Translations under genes and position numbers: made by a program | DNA from: Podarcis vaucheri | Taxonomy: Eukaryota | DNA length: 64,000 nucleotides | Reading direction: 5' to 3' (one strand) | Assembly (NCBI GenBank): GCA_965113315.1 | Contig: OZ220373.1 | Notes under the pieces: model-generated | Databases searched by the model: none | What the model was told of the DNA's origin: nothing | Seen by the model: the letters and a program-made list of their open reading frames with translations, nothing else | In this document: positions 51,342 to 64,000 of the stretch, piece by piece | Numbering within the stretch: the stretch's first letter is position 1 | Layout of the letters: each line of letters begins with the position of its first letter

Positions 51342-52091
51342 CTATACAGTCAACAAAATGCAAGAAATGAGCAGTGAATTTCTGAGAAGTGGCAACAATA
51401 TTATTTCCAGTAATTACAGAACTGGAAAATCTATTTGGGCTTTCGACAATTCAGAGTTGTACTTCTTCAAATGGAACATTGGAAAGGCAGATTTGGCAAG
51501 TCTGCAAGTACAACTGTTACACTGTGGCTAGAGAGAATTCCATCACGTTAGAAATCTTACACAGGAAACAGAATACCCATGCATTATTATTAAGACTCAA
51601 GACCAAATAATGGAGAAGTCTGTAAAGTATATTTCTGCTGTACTATGTAAAACGCCGAATCAAGCGAAATAAACTGAAGGTTGGCTACATACCTTTCAAA
51701 AATGTTATTTCCAACAATATGGACAAGATCTCAAGCACCATGCAGAATACATGTAGATGCACATTTCCCCATTTCAAAAAGCCATTCTAATTTCAGGAAA
51801 CCACTTCACAAGGAGGAAGCACCCCTAGCCCTCTCCCCAGATTTGAATAGCTTTGCACATGCAGTTCTTTGGATCTCAGCCTCTGTTTATATCAGAAATG
51901 TACACTTTTAAGACTGTGCCATGAAATATGCAAGTGTTTACCATGAAAAAGCAACTGATTTTAGTTAATAAAATACAGTTCCAATTATTAAAACCTAAGA
52001 GGTGTAGGTATGACCTAGCAGCTGTAAATAATCCTGAAACAATAAAAGCATTCTATGTGGATATTCATTTGAAGCAAGAGAATGATTAGAC

Positions 52092-52227
52092 CAGGCATCC
52101 CCAACCTCTGGCCCTCCAGATGTTTTGGACTACAATTCCCATCATCCCTGACGGCTGGTCCTGTTAGCTAGGGATCATGGGAGTTGTAGGCCAAAACATC
52201 TGGAGGGCCGCAGGTTGGGGATGCCTG
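52092..52227. mobile_element. Palindromic hAT MITE
   Basis: CAGGCATCCCCAACCT...AGGTTGGGGATGCCTG with perfect 8-bp TSD GATTAGAC (52084-52091, 52228-52235). Confidence 0.9.
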
Positions 52228-53464
52228 GATTAGACAATTGCCATCAATTGACAAGTTTTCAAGTTCAAGGTTTACCTCTAAGACATTCTAATTATACAAG
52301 AGGTCACAAAGTTGGTTAAGTAAATTTATATATAAAGTAGTGCTGCCATTACAGTTATCTCTACTATGCCAAAATCTGACAAAAATACAAATTGTTTTAA
52401 ATTGGAGGTATTTACACAGTAAACAAAACAATTTAACAAAATGGCCAAATTCTTAAAGAGGAGATAGACTGTCTTTCAGATGTAATAAATGTTCCTTTCA
52501 CTGTGGATAATTTCAGCTAAGCGAGGCACTGTATGTGCATCCTATTTTGAAGTTATGTAATTAAGAAGTTATGAAATTTATCATCTCTTTCAAAATCATT
52601 ACATTTCAAGTTTCATTTGGTAACACCTGTTCCCGAAATTATGAAAAATTTCACAACCACACCATACTGAACACTTATTTGGGGGGAACTCTTAAACTAG
52701 TGTACGTATTTATAGTTTTTAGAGCCACGTCATCACAAAACAACATACATCTTTTACAAAAATGTAAACTACATGAGGCACATAATACACTACGAGAAAG
52801 CTGCTCTGAATCACACAAGCCATGAATTCTTAAAGTCTGCACTGAGGGGGCCTAAAGGAAAGACTGTCAGTTCTTAATAATGAGTATGTCAGACTATAGC
52901 CTTTATCTTTGTAAACGTTATATTGTAAACCACCCTATTTAATAAATAATAACAAACTTCCATTTTTTTGCAGCAGGGCACAAATATTCAGCTGGGGTTG
53001 GATTCATTCGGGAAGTTCCAGGAATGAAACTTTCCTACGCCCTCTTTATTTTTCAAGCTACCCTTTGGAGAGGCGGGAACTTCTTCCATGAACTTCCTTA
53101 ACTTATTTTAGGATCCAAAGCCCTGGATGATAAGCCATCAGTCCTTACAGCCTGCCTATATTTTATCTTATTTATTTTGAATATTAAAAATTAGTCTAAG
53201 ATACCACAGAACTCTGCAATAGGTTTTGGAAGCCAAATATTTAAGGGAGGCAGAAGCAATCATCCGTTTAGAGGATACTGAATGCATACAGAACACAAAA
53301 GCCAGTATGTGGTGGGAGAAATATAGTTGGAAAATACAGGTTTTCCAAAGCCTGGCGGTGGAGAGTAAGGGAAGGAGTGTGGTTGCAGAATGCATTTAAA
53401 GCTGCAACCCTGTGTCTGTTTGCTGGAAAGCAAGTTTCACTGAACAATCTGGGGATACCTAAAT

Positions 53465-53745
53465 ATAGAATTGTAGAGCTGCAAGGGATCCCCAGGGTCA
53501 TCTAGTCCGACCCCCTGCAATGCAGGAACCTCAGCAAGATGATCCATGACAGATGGCCCTCCAACCCATAGCTGTCAACGTTTCTCTTTCTTTAAGGGAA
53601 ATTTCCTCATTCCGAATAGGATTCCTCGCAAGAAAAGGTAAAAGTTGACAGCTATGCTCCAACCTCTGCTTAAGAGCCTCCAAGGAAGGCGAATGAATCC
53701 TTCCAGCAGAGTCTGTTCCATTGCCGTACAGCTCTTGCTACCAGA
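53465..53745 (-). mobile_element. CR1 3' end fragment interrupted by a hAT MITE
   Basis: AGAATTGTAGAG...GGTCATCTAGTCCGACCCCCTGCAATGCAGG...GATGGCCCTCCAAC resumes CTCCAACCTCTGCTTAA after the insertion. Confidence 0.75.
53567..53656. mobile_element. 90-bp hAT MITE nested in CR1
   Basis: 13-bp TIR CATAGCTGTCAAC/GTTGACAGCTATG; perfect 8-bp TSD CTCCAACC (53559-53566, 53657-53664). Confidence 0.88.
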
Positions 53746-54079
53746 GTCTTCTTCATTAGCATGCGCAGGATGGGGCTGGAAGGGCGGAGTGGAGAGGCGG
53801 CGGCAGAATAACCAGGCTGGAGGGGAGGAGGAGGCGGATCCAGCCCTACGGCAGGACCGGGAGCCCTTATTCCAATGCACGACCCGAAGCAGGCCTGACG
53901 CCGCCGGCTCCGCCCCCCGTCGCGGCACACAACACGCAGCAACACCTCCGCACGAGCACGAACACGCGCCGGCGTTTGCGCGCATCTCCTCTCCAAGGTC
54001 TCCCCGGACGGCGCCCGCTGCGCCAGGGAAGAAGGGGGGGCCGGGGAAACACCTCCCCCGCCCGCCCGCCTCCTCTTTA

Positions 54080-54347
<268 letters not shown>

Positions 54348-57300
54348 GAGTCCGGGCTGACAGAAATGGCGGCGGTGGAAACACACTCTCTACCTCCGGC
54401 GCTCGCCCCGCTCCGAGGACGACGCCGCTACTACTGCTGCTGCAGCTCCGGGTTCACTGATTCCGACGCCGACGCCACCACCGTCGCAGGCAGGCAGGCG
54501 CGCAGGTCGCTGGCTCGTCTGGCTCTCCCCTCCCACACGCCGCCCGCCGACCGACTGACCGACCTACGAGGATTCAACGGGCGAACTGAGGAGCCAGGCC
54601 TCTCCGTGGCGCATGCGCGGCACTTGCTAGGTTGTAAAACAAGGGAGAGGGGGACGGCGGGAAATGTAGTTCTTCTCCTTCCTCCCCCCCCCCCGCCGTC
54701 CTTCTTGGGTTTCTCTTGGTCGCCGCGAGGCAGGAACGTGACGCGGGCGGAGACTTTCGGCGCGTGCGCACGAGGGCGTGCGGAGGCTGCCGGGAAACGT
54801 AGTTTTCTGGCCAGGGCGCGGTTTCTTCTCCATTCCAGTCCATTTCCCTTACCCGGCCTTCTACGAAGTGGAGTGCACTGTGTTGTGTTAGTAAAAAATC
54901 ACATGGAGACACTCCAGACTTGTTTGAAAGAAACTTGACCCAAAAGTGCTCACGGTGAGAAGCCCACAATCCAGTGCAGAATTAGCGTTGTTTAAGCCAT
55001 TGATACCAGTGGGTTAAGTAAGCATATCGTACTTCTGCTGAATTGTGAGCCATTTTTGCAATTTAGTGCTCTAATAAAGATATGGTCAGTAGGACTAAAA
55101 TTGTGTTTCTCAGATACATTGTGTGATAGGAATTTTGAGGTCTAGGTATATGGTAATGTTCATAACTGCACGCATATAGATCAAGCGCAGGAAGACTGAC
55201 CTGAAGCCATTTTTTTGATTCCTAAACTGAGCAAATGTTTCTCTGCATGGTCAAAGTGGAAAAACCTCCCCATTGTCTTTTCTTTCACAAATCCTGTCTT
55301 AAGGGTATGTCTTAATTTGAATAAGGGTTTGAATAAGGGTTCATAATTATCATTATGAAAGACTGGCCAGGCTCCTCAGGCAATCCAATCAAGTAACCTG
55401 CCAGACAGGAAATAAACAAGCGACAGGAGAAAAACAACATGCAAATGTTCTGTTTTAGACCGCCTTTTCTGTGATGTATCTGCGGGGTGGTCTTAGGTTG
55501 CACCCCTTCTGTGATGCATGTATAATGTTTCTGGGGGTGGTCTTGATGGATGGGAATTTCAAAAGTCTTTATAAGCCCTTGCACAGCATTTTTGTGGGTC
55601 CTCCTTTCCTGCGAGTGAGGGGAGCACCCTGTTGCAACAGATCAATAGCTGCTTTCCTTCTCAATATTCTCTGGTTGGCCTCTGTTATTTTCTCCTACCA
55701 ATAGGGAACCTATGTAAGGACTCTATATGGGCTCTTGGATACCCCATAAGGGAAAAGGGCATATTTTTGTTTACAACAATTGCATATGATTGATAAATTT
55801 AATTGTTATTGGTAGATCTCTTATTACAGTATTATGGCTATAACACTGTTATTGGACAGCAATATCCAACTCCCCACTTCAGTTGCACATCAGTATTCCC
55901 TTGCAGCCTCTCCAGGGATAATAATTGTGCCATTGTTACCAAGCTGCTGTGTGGGATTCAAGGACCTTCAAGCTCACAGTTCTGTTCTTTTTCCAGCTTG
56001 CAAATCATAATGTGGTTTTTCCTTACGCCCCCACTGCTGAGTCACTTGTGGTGTACAACAATAATCTGCCATCTTCTAGTCAGCACCAGCCTGGAGCCAG
56101 AACACTGTAGGGCAGGGGAACCCCATTACCAGGCCCAGTACAGGGAGTAAGGGGAGTTAGTGGAGCTTGCCAAACATCCTGAGACTACACCCTGGAAGAT
56201 GCTTAATGTGGTATGATTACAGATTCAGACATTTCCATGTTTTAACTGGTTCATATAAGCTCCAGAAATTCCACACTTAACCCACAGTGTAGAGACAGTG
56301 GTAATTTAGAGCAGAAGTCTAGATCAGGATGATCTGTGCATGTCTGATACCAATAAAAGGAAGCAGGTGGTGGAACAGCAAAGACAGCTATAAAACTGCT
56401 TAATTTGGCACTTAATATTGCAACACCTCATTTTACTCAGTTCCATGTCACTCTGTGAAGATGATTTCCTAGCGATTGCATCTTGTCAAAATGCTGCTGG
56501 ACAGCCCTTTGGCTCTGCTTCTAAGATGGGAAATCCAAGCACACATCAAGGGTGTAAATTGACAATACTGACACTTAGGGGATATTCTCTATGGCATTGC
56601 TGGCAATGAATGACCCAATTTCTCTCCCAACTTTTGAACATTTTACAAGCTGTATTTGTTGGCTTTGTGATTCTCTAGGAGTCAACACCTCAGGTATGCT
56701 GTTCTTCAGGTACTCCTACAGACCTTAATTTTAAAAGTTGCAGAAAATGAAACACTAATACCAGGGCTTTTTCAGGGGTACTCAATGGTATGCAGTACAG
56801 CACCTCTTTTTCTTGTTGTTAAAAAGTGTGGCACTTACAGAGTACAGGCATCTCTTTTTCTAGAAAACAAAGCACTAATACAGTCTGAAGGCTCCTCTAT
56901 TTATTCATGTTCTCTCAACCTGAGGCTGGAGCAAGGGGCATTCATATCCCATTCCAGAGTGGCAGCTCTGCTTGCCTATTGCAGCAAAAAGAAGGGAGTC
57001 TTGCAGCACCTAAAAAGACGAACAACTTTTTATAGCAGGAACTATTAATAGATTTTTAATATATAAGTTTTAATTGTAATAATGTTTACCCAGTAATTAC
57101 CGGTAGTTTATTAATGGTTGCATTCCCATGTTTGTAGCTGTTCTTACTTTAAATATAGAATGATGGTGATGATAAACTTTCATAGAATACAAGTCACATG
57201 CTTTGAACATACAAGTGCCACATACTACCCACTCCACATTTGTAATAATTTTCAATGTGGCAGCACTTTGCACTTTGGAATTCCCTGTCTATTGTATTAA

Positions 57301-57539
57301 GATCAAACCGGCGCTATACTCCTTTCCACGCCTGCTGGAATCATTATAGACAAGCCTACCCAGAAGCTTATAAAGTTGAGGCGACCTAAACCACTTTCAA
57401 TGTTTTAACCGTTGTATATTGTAAATCAGTGCTGTGATTTTTTTCTCAGTTTTATCGTGTGTTTTTTTGAGGGTTTGAAAAATGAATTTAATAAATGAAA
57501 TATTCGATTTTTAATTTTTTTTTATTTAAGATGGTTGGT

Positions 57540-58300
57540 GCTGCACGCATTTCTACGTCCCACGAGTCACCCACAAGCTTAAAACGCGCTAACTTCACGC
57601 ACGGCGTGCGTGCGCCCTCACGCGGTCTTTTGGAGTGGGCGGGCCGCCGGAGCTCACGTCACTTCCGCTTTTGCATTGGCGTGGGGCGGGGATAGAAAAG
57701 GCAAGCCGAGAGGAAGGCAGTGAGAGCAGAGGGCTCTGAGTGGAACGTGAGTGCCGCTTTTTCCGTTACTCCTCGCGCGCGCTCCCCATCCCTCTTCCCG
57801 TGGCTCTTTCTGCGGGGGGGGGGCACGTTCGAATGGAACTCTCGCCCCTCGCTGTCGCCTGCGCGCGCGGCGCGGCGGTTTGAGCCGCCATGTTGGGCTC
57901 CTCGGGACCCGAGTCCCTGAAATGAGAGTCGGCGGCGGCGACGCTCACCCCTGAGAAGCGAGGGAGCCATGGGACAAATAACTGCTCCTTATCGGTGCGG
58001 GTCGTGCTCGGACTCTCCATTCCCTAATTCTAAGGGGGTGGAGGGAAACGTGAGAGGCGGAGGCGGCGCAGCAGCCCAGAGGCTGCCATGTTGGGGAAGG
58101 GAGGGGGCAGAGAAAGCATCCGAGGGAGGGAGAAAATGGCGGCTGGGAACCGCCCCCCCCCAGCTCTGCTTGGCCTGGGGGGGGATTCCCACCTCACCCC
58201 CTTGGCCCAGGTCCCCCTCCCCGGCTTCATCTACACGGCTGTCTTAAAGCCGCCGTCTCAGGTCCTCCATACTGTGGTCTTGTCTGTCTTTCTCTTCCCC
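57540..58300 (+). promoter_or_regulatory. SUB1: SUB1 CpG island and promoter with non-coding exon 1 (donor after 57746)
   Basis: CpG-rich; CRE/ETS CGTCACTTCCG (57657-57667), reverse CCAAT (~57675-57679), GC box (~57683-57690), AAC|GTGAGT donor at 57746/57747; YY1-type motifs at ~57884, ~58082, ~58133. Confidence 0.75.
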
Positions 58301-58329
58301 CCATCTTCATCTGGGCTGGTTACGGGTCC

Positions 58330-58450
58330 TCGGTCGGCAAAGCACTATACGGCCGTGGGTTCGAGCCCCAGGCTGGGCAAAACGGTTCCTGCATTGGAGG
58401 GGGTTGGACTAGATGACCCTCGGGGTCCCTTGCGACCAAACGGTTCTCGG
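58330..58450 (+). mobile_element. SINE fragment with B box and CR1-like tail
   Basis: GGGTTCGAGCCCC followed by TTCCTGCATTGGAGGGGGTTGGACTAGATGACCCTCGGGGTCCC. Confidence 0.6.
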
Positions 58451-60124
58451 TGATTTTCTGGCAACCTGCTCCTCTCCCGCATTTCCTCCCCATGGGTGTT
58501 ACTGGGGCCTTGGGCTGCACTGTCTCTCTCCTTTTGCTCAAATGAAGGGACAACCCCCCCAAGAAAACCATGGCACCTTCTAGGATACCTTGGCCCCAAC
58601 AGTGACGCGCTCTCTGCATTTTAAGTGACCCGCCATCTGCTTTTTCCTGTGTTGTAGCCTCACCTTCCTGTTCAATCCTCCGCCTCTTGAGTGGCCATTT
58701 TGTCCCTTGGGTGCCCCATGTGGCACAGGACTTGAGGCACCAAGAAGCTCAGCAAGTCAATGGCAGAGCCAAGCCTGCCCCCTGGTCTGTTGCCCCCAAT
58801 TTGGAGCAGTGTCAGAACATAAGGTGTGGGATGGCCCTCTACATACAGTAATGATGTATTGCTTGTAACCATGGGCTTAGTCACATTTTAGCCTATTCCA
58901 AGTTCATTTTCCTTCTACATTTACACATGGAGCTGCACTACATCTGTTGGCTCCCTCTCCTCTTTAGTCTATAGACTTACATGCACACAGGTCTATATGC
59001 TCATCTTGCCATCACCTCTCTCCTCCCAAATTCTCTTCCCTTTTGCTCTTTTGAAAATCTTGGTGAATTAAGTGGTAACAGCACGTAAAGTTCTCACTGT
59101 ACCTTCACAGTTCATACAGTGAGAGAAACTCATATACAGTATGGCTGTAGCACATGCCTCTGAATCCAGAAAGACGGGATGTAACACAGGCGTGTTACTT
59201 AGACATTGTCGTCATGTGGGTGGGTCTCAGATGTTCCTGCAAATAAATTGAGGAGGCCAACAAATACGGGGATTTTTATTTAGTTGGGTAAGCTAGTGTG
59301 AAAGCCTGTAGTGGTGCAACATAGGTTGGCAGATTTCTTCTTAAACCAGAGGTATTTATTAATGACAGGGCTGTGCTATCCCAGACATTGGTGGGTAGGT
59401 TTCTGTTAAACATAACCCTATGCTCTGCATCTCCCCCCTCCCAAGAATACCAGTTGCATTTTTCAGTCTTGACCCTCTTCTCTCAGTATGCCTATCCTGT
59501 TAATCTTCCTGCCCCCAGGACTCCTCCCTTGTAATATCCAGGGATTTACCTGTCTTTTTTATACTGCCCCCCATATCTTTATTTCTAGTGTTTGTGTGTT
59601 CCTATTTTTTAATCCATTTTAATTGCCTTGATATGGTATTCCCATTTGCATTGAAACTGCTGGGCTCTGGCTATTTTACTACTTCTTATTCCTTACAAGG
59701 TGGTCTGACCGTAATAATAAATTATTATTATTATTATTACTTCCATCTGCCATTTCCCATGTTTCTTATATTTCACTCAAATTTATACCACAATAAATTT
59801 GTGATGGAAGAAAGGTTGGATATAATAAACATAATAAATGCCTTTCCCCTTAATTGCCCTAGTGAAGCACCTGAAGCCTGCTTGTTTAATTTTTCTGAGA
59901 AGTTAAACATGTCATTGGTGTGGTATGGTCAAGCAAATATACTTACCTGGAGAAATGCTGTATGATCTCTGATGAAGCTGCATATTTAACTGCTTTGTTT
60001 TTTTCTCCCATGTATTATCTTTTGGAGCTGGAATCGGAAGCCACGCCTTGCCTAGAGAGAGAGAGAGCCAGAGGTTCTTTAAAGGGTTAAGTGGGAAGAA
60101 TTCCTGATAACTGATATATGTAGG

Positions 60125-60312
60125 GCAACATAAGATGATGTCTGCTGGATCAGACCAAAGGCTCATCCAGCCCAGTATCCTGTTATCCCAGTGGACAACC
60201 AGATGCCTGTGGGAAAACCGCAAGCAGCACCTGATGCACTTGTGATGAATTTCCTTGCAGTTTATATTCAGAGGCATCTTGCCTCCAGCAGTAGAGTTAG
60301 AACACAGCCATC
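60125..60312 (-). mobile_element. Older CR1-type 3' end fragment
   Basis: AACATAAG...CTGCTGGATCAGACCAAAGGCTCATCCAGCCCAGTATCCTG, typical reptile CR1 terminus. Confidence 0.55.
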
Positions 60313-60590
60313 TTGTTTCATTCTGAAACTGAAATAACAAATTGGTATTTCACAGAACATATCCATCGGTTCTGTCAAGCCACTTGCAAATTATCACTTA
60401 GATTTTGTAGAACATTTTTTCAGCTTCACTCATAAGCAAAAGCATTTATTCAAAGGTGTGATACAATCCGGACTCTGCCACATCTTGTTAGGATTTGTAC
60501 ATAACACCCCAGCTTTGCCTGAGTGCATTATTTACTATTAAACCTTACCACCTGTGAGGCGGATCAGCTTCCTCACAATCCTTGAAAATA

Positions 60591-60816
60591 CAGTGGTACC
60601 TCAGGTTACATACGCTTCAGGTTACAGACTCCGCTAACCCAGAAATAGTACCCCGAGTTAAGAACTTTGCTTCAGGATGAGAGCAGAAATCGTGCTTCGG
60701 CGGCGCGGCAGCAGCTGGAGGCCCCATTAGCTAAAGTGATGCTTCAGGTTAAGAACAGTTTCAGGTTAAGAACGGACCTCCGGAATGAATTAAGTACTTA
60801 ACCCAAGGTACCACTG
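60591..60816. mobile_element. Tigger/pogo-like MITE
   Basis: TIRs CAGTGGTACCT / AGGTACCACTG with TA flanks; reverse-complement match to 20181-20395. Confidence 0.88.
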
Positions 60817-61419
60817 TACAGGCGTTTGCTCTCTTCTAAAACAAATACATTTTTACCTACTGCTGTCTCTTACTTGCTACGTTGTTTCAGAAGGTCTAAA
60901 GTAACCTGATCCCTACTGTTTCTCCATGCAAGTCATATCCATCTCTCTGCCTTTGCTCTAACAGAAGAATAAGTTCAGCTCTATCAGACTATAACAGTAT
61001 ATATGCTTCAAACAACAGTTGGATAGGATTGCAAGGTGTTAATACTATTGATTTAAGATAAAGTAACATCCTATATGGGTCTCATTCACTGTCTCAGAAG
61101 CAGAGAGCACATTAGTTAACCCTATTTAAAATCTAAGCTACCTAACAACCAAGCATTTTGTGTTTCTCTCCATAGTCATTTATTATGTATCCCTACTGCC
61201 ACTTTTCCCCAATGGTAAGCCCAATGCCAAGATATGGCTCGTATCCCAATTCTTAAATATTACTTTGAAGCCCATTTAATTTCAGTGGAACTTCAGAGCA
61301 GTTGTGTGTGAAATGACAATGATGGAGGAGATTGCTTGATGGGAGGGGGTGTGAAATTCTAACAATCACTTAGTGTATGAAGCTTTTTTTAAAACAACAA
61401 CATTTCTTTCCTTCTTAGA

Positions 61420-61491
61420 ATGCCGAAATCAAAAGAACTTGTGTCTTCAAGCTCATCTGCCAGTGATTCGGACAGTGAAGTTGACAAAAAG
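61420..61491 (+). CDS. SUB1: SUB1 (PC4 coactivator) first coding exon (MPKSKELVSSSSSASDSDSEVDKK)
   Basis: cttcttag acceptor (exon starts 61419), ATG 61420, AAG|GTGATT donor; matches the PC4 serine-rich N-terminus. Confidence 0.95.
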
Positions 61492-61500
61492 GTGATTCAT

Positions 61501-61536
<36 letters not shown>

Positions 61537-61543
61537 CACACAC
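61501..61543. repeat. (TC)n(TA)n(CA)n compound microsatellite
   Basis: Direct reading, ~10 nt after the SUB1 donor. Confidence 0.85.
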
Positions 61544-63558
61544 AAAATATTGAGCAAGAATAAAACAATGGTATAAGCCACCCAGAAACTAATTTTAGAG
61601 TTTATGCTTTCTACTTATACAGAGAGCCATATAAATGGCTAAGACTTGGATATATGCCTAAAAAAGCCATAACGGTATAAAATAAATAGATCTTCAGGGG
61701 AGCTGATTTTACAAATCTACTTTCCTTGTTCTTAAAAAGATAATTAAAATGCACTTCTCTTTAATTGAGTCAGTCTTTTGAGGGCATACTTGTGCTACTC
61801 ATGATTTTTTATTTCATTTTTAAGTTATGGAATATTTGGATCAGAATGGATATCTTGATCAGCACTTGGTCATTTTTTATTCTGTTTGTATTTTTTAAAT
61901 ACATCAACCTATTTTAAGGCAACGACCCTTTAAGACTTTTCATTTCAAGTACACCCACAATTCTGGGCACTTTTCTTTTTCAAGTTCCACTTAAACTGGT
62001 ACTTAGGACCTAGTTAGGCATGTAGAAGATTGCATAGCTCTCTTGTAGCTGAATGCTTTTTTTAGCAAGCATAGTCAGTAAAGTGGGGGAAGAATGAATC
62101 TCTCAGGGATTTTTTTTTTTTTTTTGGTACTTAAGGGGTAAGTACTAGCCCAGTTGCTGTTTCTCAAAATGTTGATGTATAGTTACTTCACATTTTAAAG
62201 AACTTTACCATCTGCATATTTACTAATTTGTGGTGCTTTACCCACTTGCTGATGAGGGGAAATGGAGAAGCATAACTGATATAGAAGTGTTTACCACTAA
62301 ATCTTGGAAAGAATGGATCCCTCTAGCTTGCAGATAAATGTTCTGAACAGCAAACTGTTAACCTTAATGTTCAAATGATCAACATCTAGCTTGGTCCTGT
62401 AATGTCATCTCTGAGCAGGATTCCATCCCACCCATGGCCTGATTCTTCTCTCAGCTACTTGGCTGTACTTGGAGAAATTTACAAAGGTGTTTTTGTTGAA
62501 CCAGTAGAATGTAAGTGCACCAGACTATGCATTCAAAGCCCCTCATTCTGCCCCTAGGCCACAGAATTTGGCTTTTCATCTAAATATTTTTTAAGCAATT
62601 CCCTATGTACCTGCAACTAATATTCTTTTGGTTAGTGGCCCATTTTTTTGTGGACTTGAGGTATTCAGGATTGGCAGCATAGATCAGGGCAGGGTCAAAT
62701 ATCTTGAGGAGCTTTTGAGCACAAATGAATTGGGATCTTGTTTGGCCTTTGTCACAGAAGATGGAACAGAAAGGGCAACATTTTTGAGCTGTGGTTTCAA
62801 GTGCTGTCGAGTCTGGTATTGCCAGCCCTCAGTCTTTTATACATTATGTTGTAGAAAGTTGCATACATTATTTTGCAATGTTATTTTGCATCTCTTTGAT
62901 CCAGTTAATCATAAGGGAGTTTACATTTTCATTTGTAAGTTGATATCCTAGCTGCTGGTACAAACAACACTTCTATTGAAGGGAAGTGCCTATTGTTTAC
63001 CAACACAGTTTGCCAAACATTAAGGGAATTCCTGGATTTACACAGTTTCTGGTGGAGATGGAAAGTCCAAGTTATCTAGAGTGAGATACTGGAGTAAACA
63101 AACTCAGGAAGTTTCTCAATACAAAGCAAAGCCAATTGACCCCATTCAAGACTGTTCTGAGAGTTTGCTGCAGTTTCACATTGATATTATCTGGCCTTCT
63201 GTAGATGCAACTTTAACGTGGTTATATTTTAAGTATGCAGTGATGCAAATAAGGTTTCTTTTTCCTTTTAAGGCCTGCATCGAACCTTGATGAAAAATGG
63301 TTTAGTTTCCCACAATGAGAAAAATGTAGCTTTTACTTAGTAAAATTGTTCTTTGTATGTCAGTATTGTGTCTTCCCTGTGAACATGGATACTTTTTTGT
63401 TAAATGGTTTTCTGGGGCTTTCTCTGATCAAATATTGAGTACATTTGAACACTCTTCCTACACTGTTGTGGGGGAGGGAGGAGAGACATATTGGTGTAAA
63501 CTTGAAACTACTACTTCTCCAGTAGGTTCTTAATTCACTTTGATTTTTAAATGTCAAG

Positions 63559-63678
63559 GTGAAAAGGAAAAAACAAGCCGTGCCTGAAAAGCCTGTGAAG
63601 AAACAGAAGACTGGTGAAAGCTCCAAAGGTGCCGCCTCCTCCAAGCAAAGTAGCAACAGAGATGAGAATATGTTTCAG
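63559..63678 (+). CDS. SUB1: SUB1 second coding exon ([40 protein letters not shown]); gene continues past window end
   Basis: caag acceptor, CAG|GTAACT donor; 120 nt, phase 0; matches the PC4 lysine-rich region. Confidence 0.95.
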
Positions 63679-64000
63679 GTAACTAGTGGCTCTTACTTTG
63701 AGTAGTTGGTGGGATCCCCGGTTCTTGTGTTGTGGGTTGTACATGAATTTTACCTGTCATCATCAGGAAAATAAAGCCAGTGTTCTGTTTTCATAACTTT
63801 GTAAGATTGGAATCCTTAAGACGACAGTGAGCTAAACCCATTTACAAGCATCTAGTACACAAGCATTGGCAAACAGATTTAGTTGTAGCTCTCCTAAACT
63901 GCTATTTATATATTATATTATATTATATTATATTAGTATACTGACCTTCATCTAAAGAAAAGCTATATGGACTCAGAAGCTTTATGTTCTTGCAGAAACA

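Overview
Vertebrate genomic DNA, most likely a squamate and probably a lacertid lizard (a full-length Sauria SINE with an (ACCTTT)n tail and other squamate-type SINE/CR1/L2/MITE repeats are present). It holds three genes in the order known from amniotes. (1) The 5' part of MTMR12, minus strand, coding exons 1-5, 816-16124. (2) The ZFR gene (zinc finger RNA-binding protein), minus strand, CDS 22345-54347: 19 of 20 coding exons are readable with consistent splice phases, and exon 16 is absent and most plausibly lies under a 212-N run at 27781-27992. (3) The 5' part of SUB1/PC4, plus strand, head-to-head with ZFR. The most notable observations are: the N-run sitting where the very conserved ZFR exon 16 should be; several candidate stop-containing or frameshifting 'poison' exons and acceptors in the repeat-poor ZFR intron 15, suggesting an AS-NMD control module; an interleaved inverted duplication with pseudoknot topology in MTMR12 intron 1; an open in-frame N-terminal extension of MTMR12 with a LIR-like WEEL motif; and a GC-AG intron in ZFR. 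Gene identities come from my recall of the human proteins; no database search was run.
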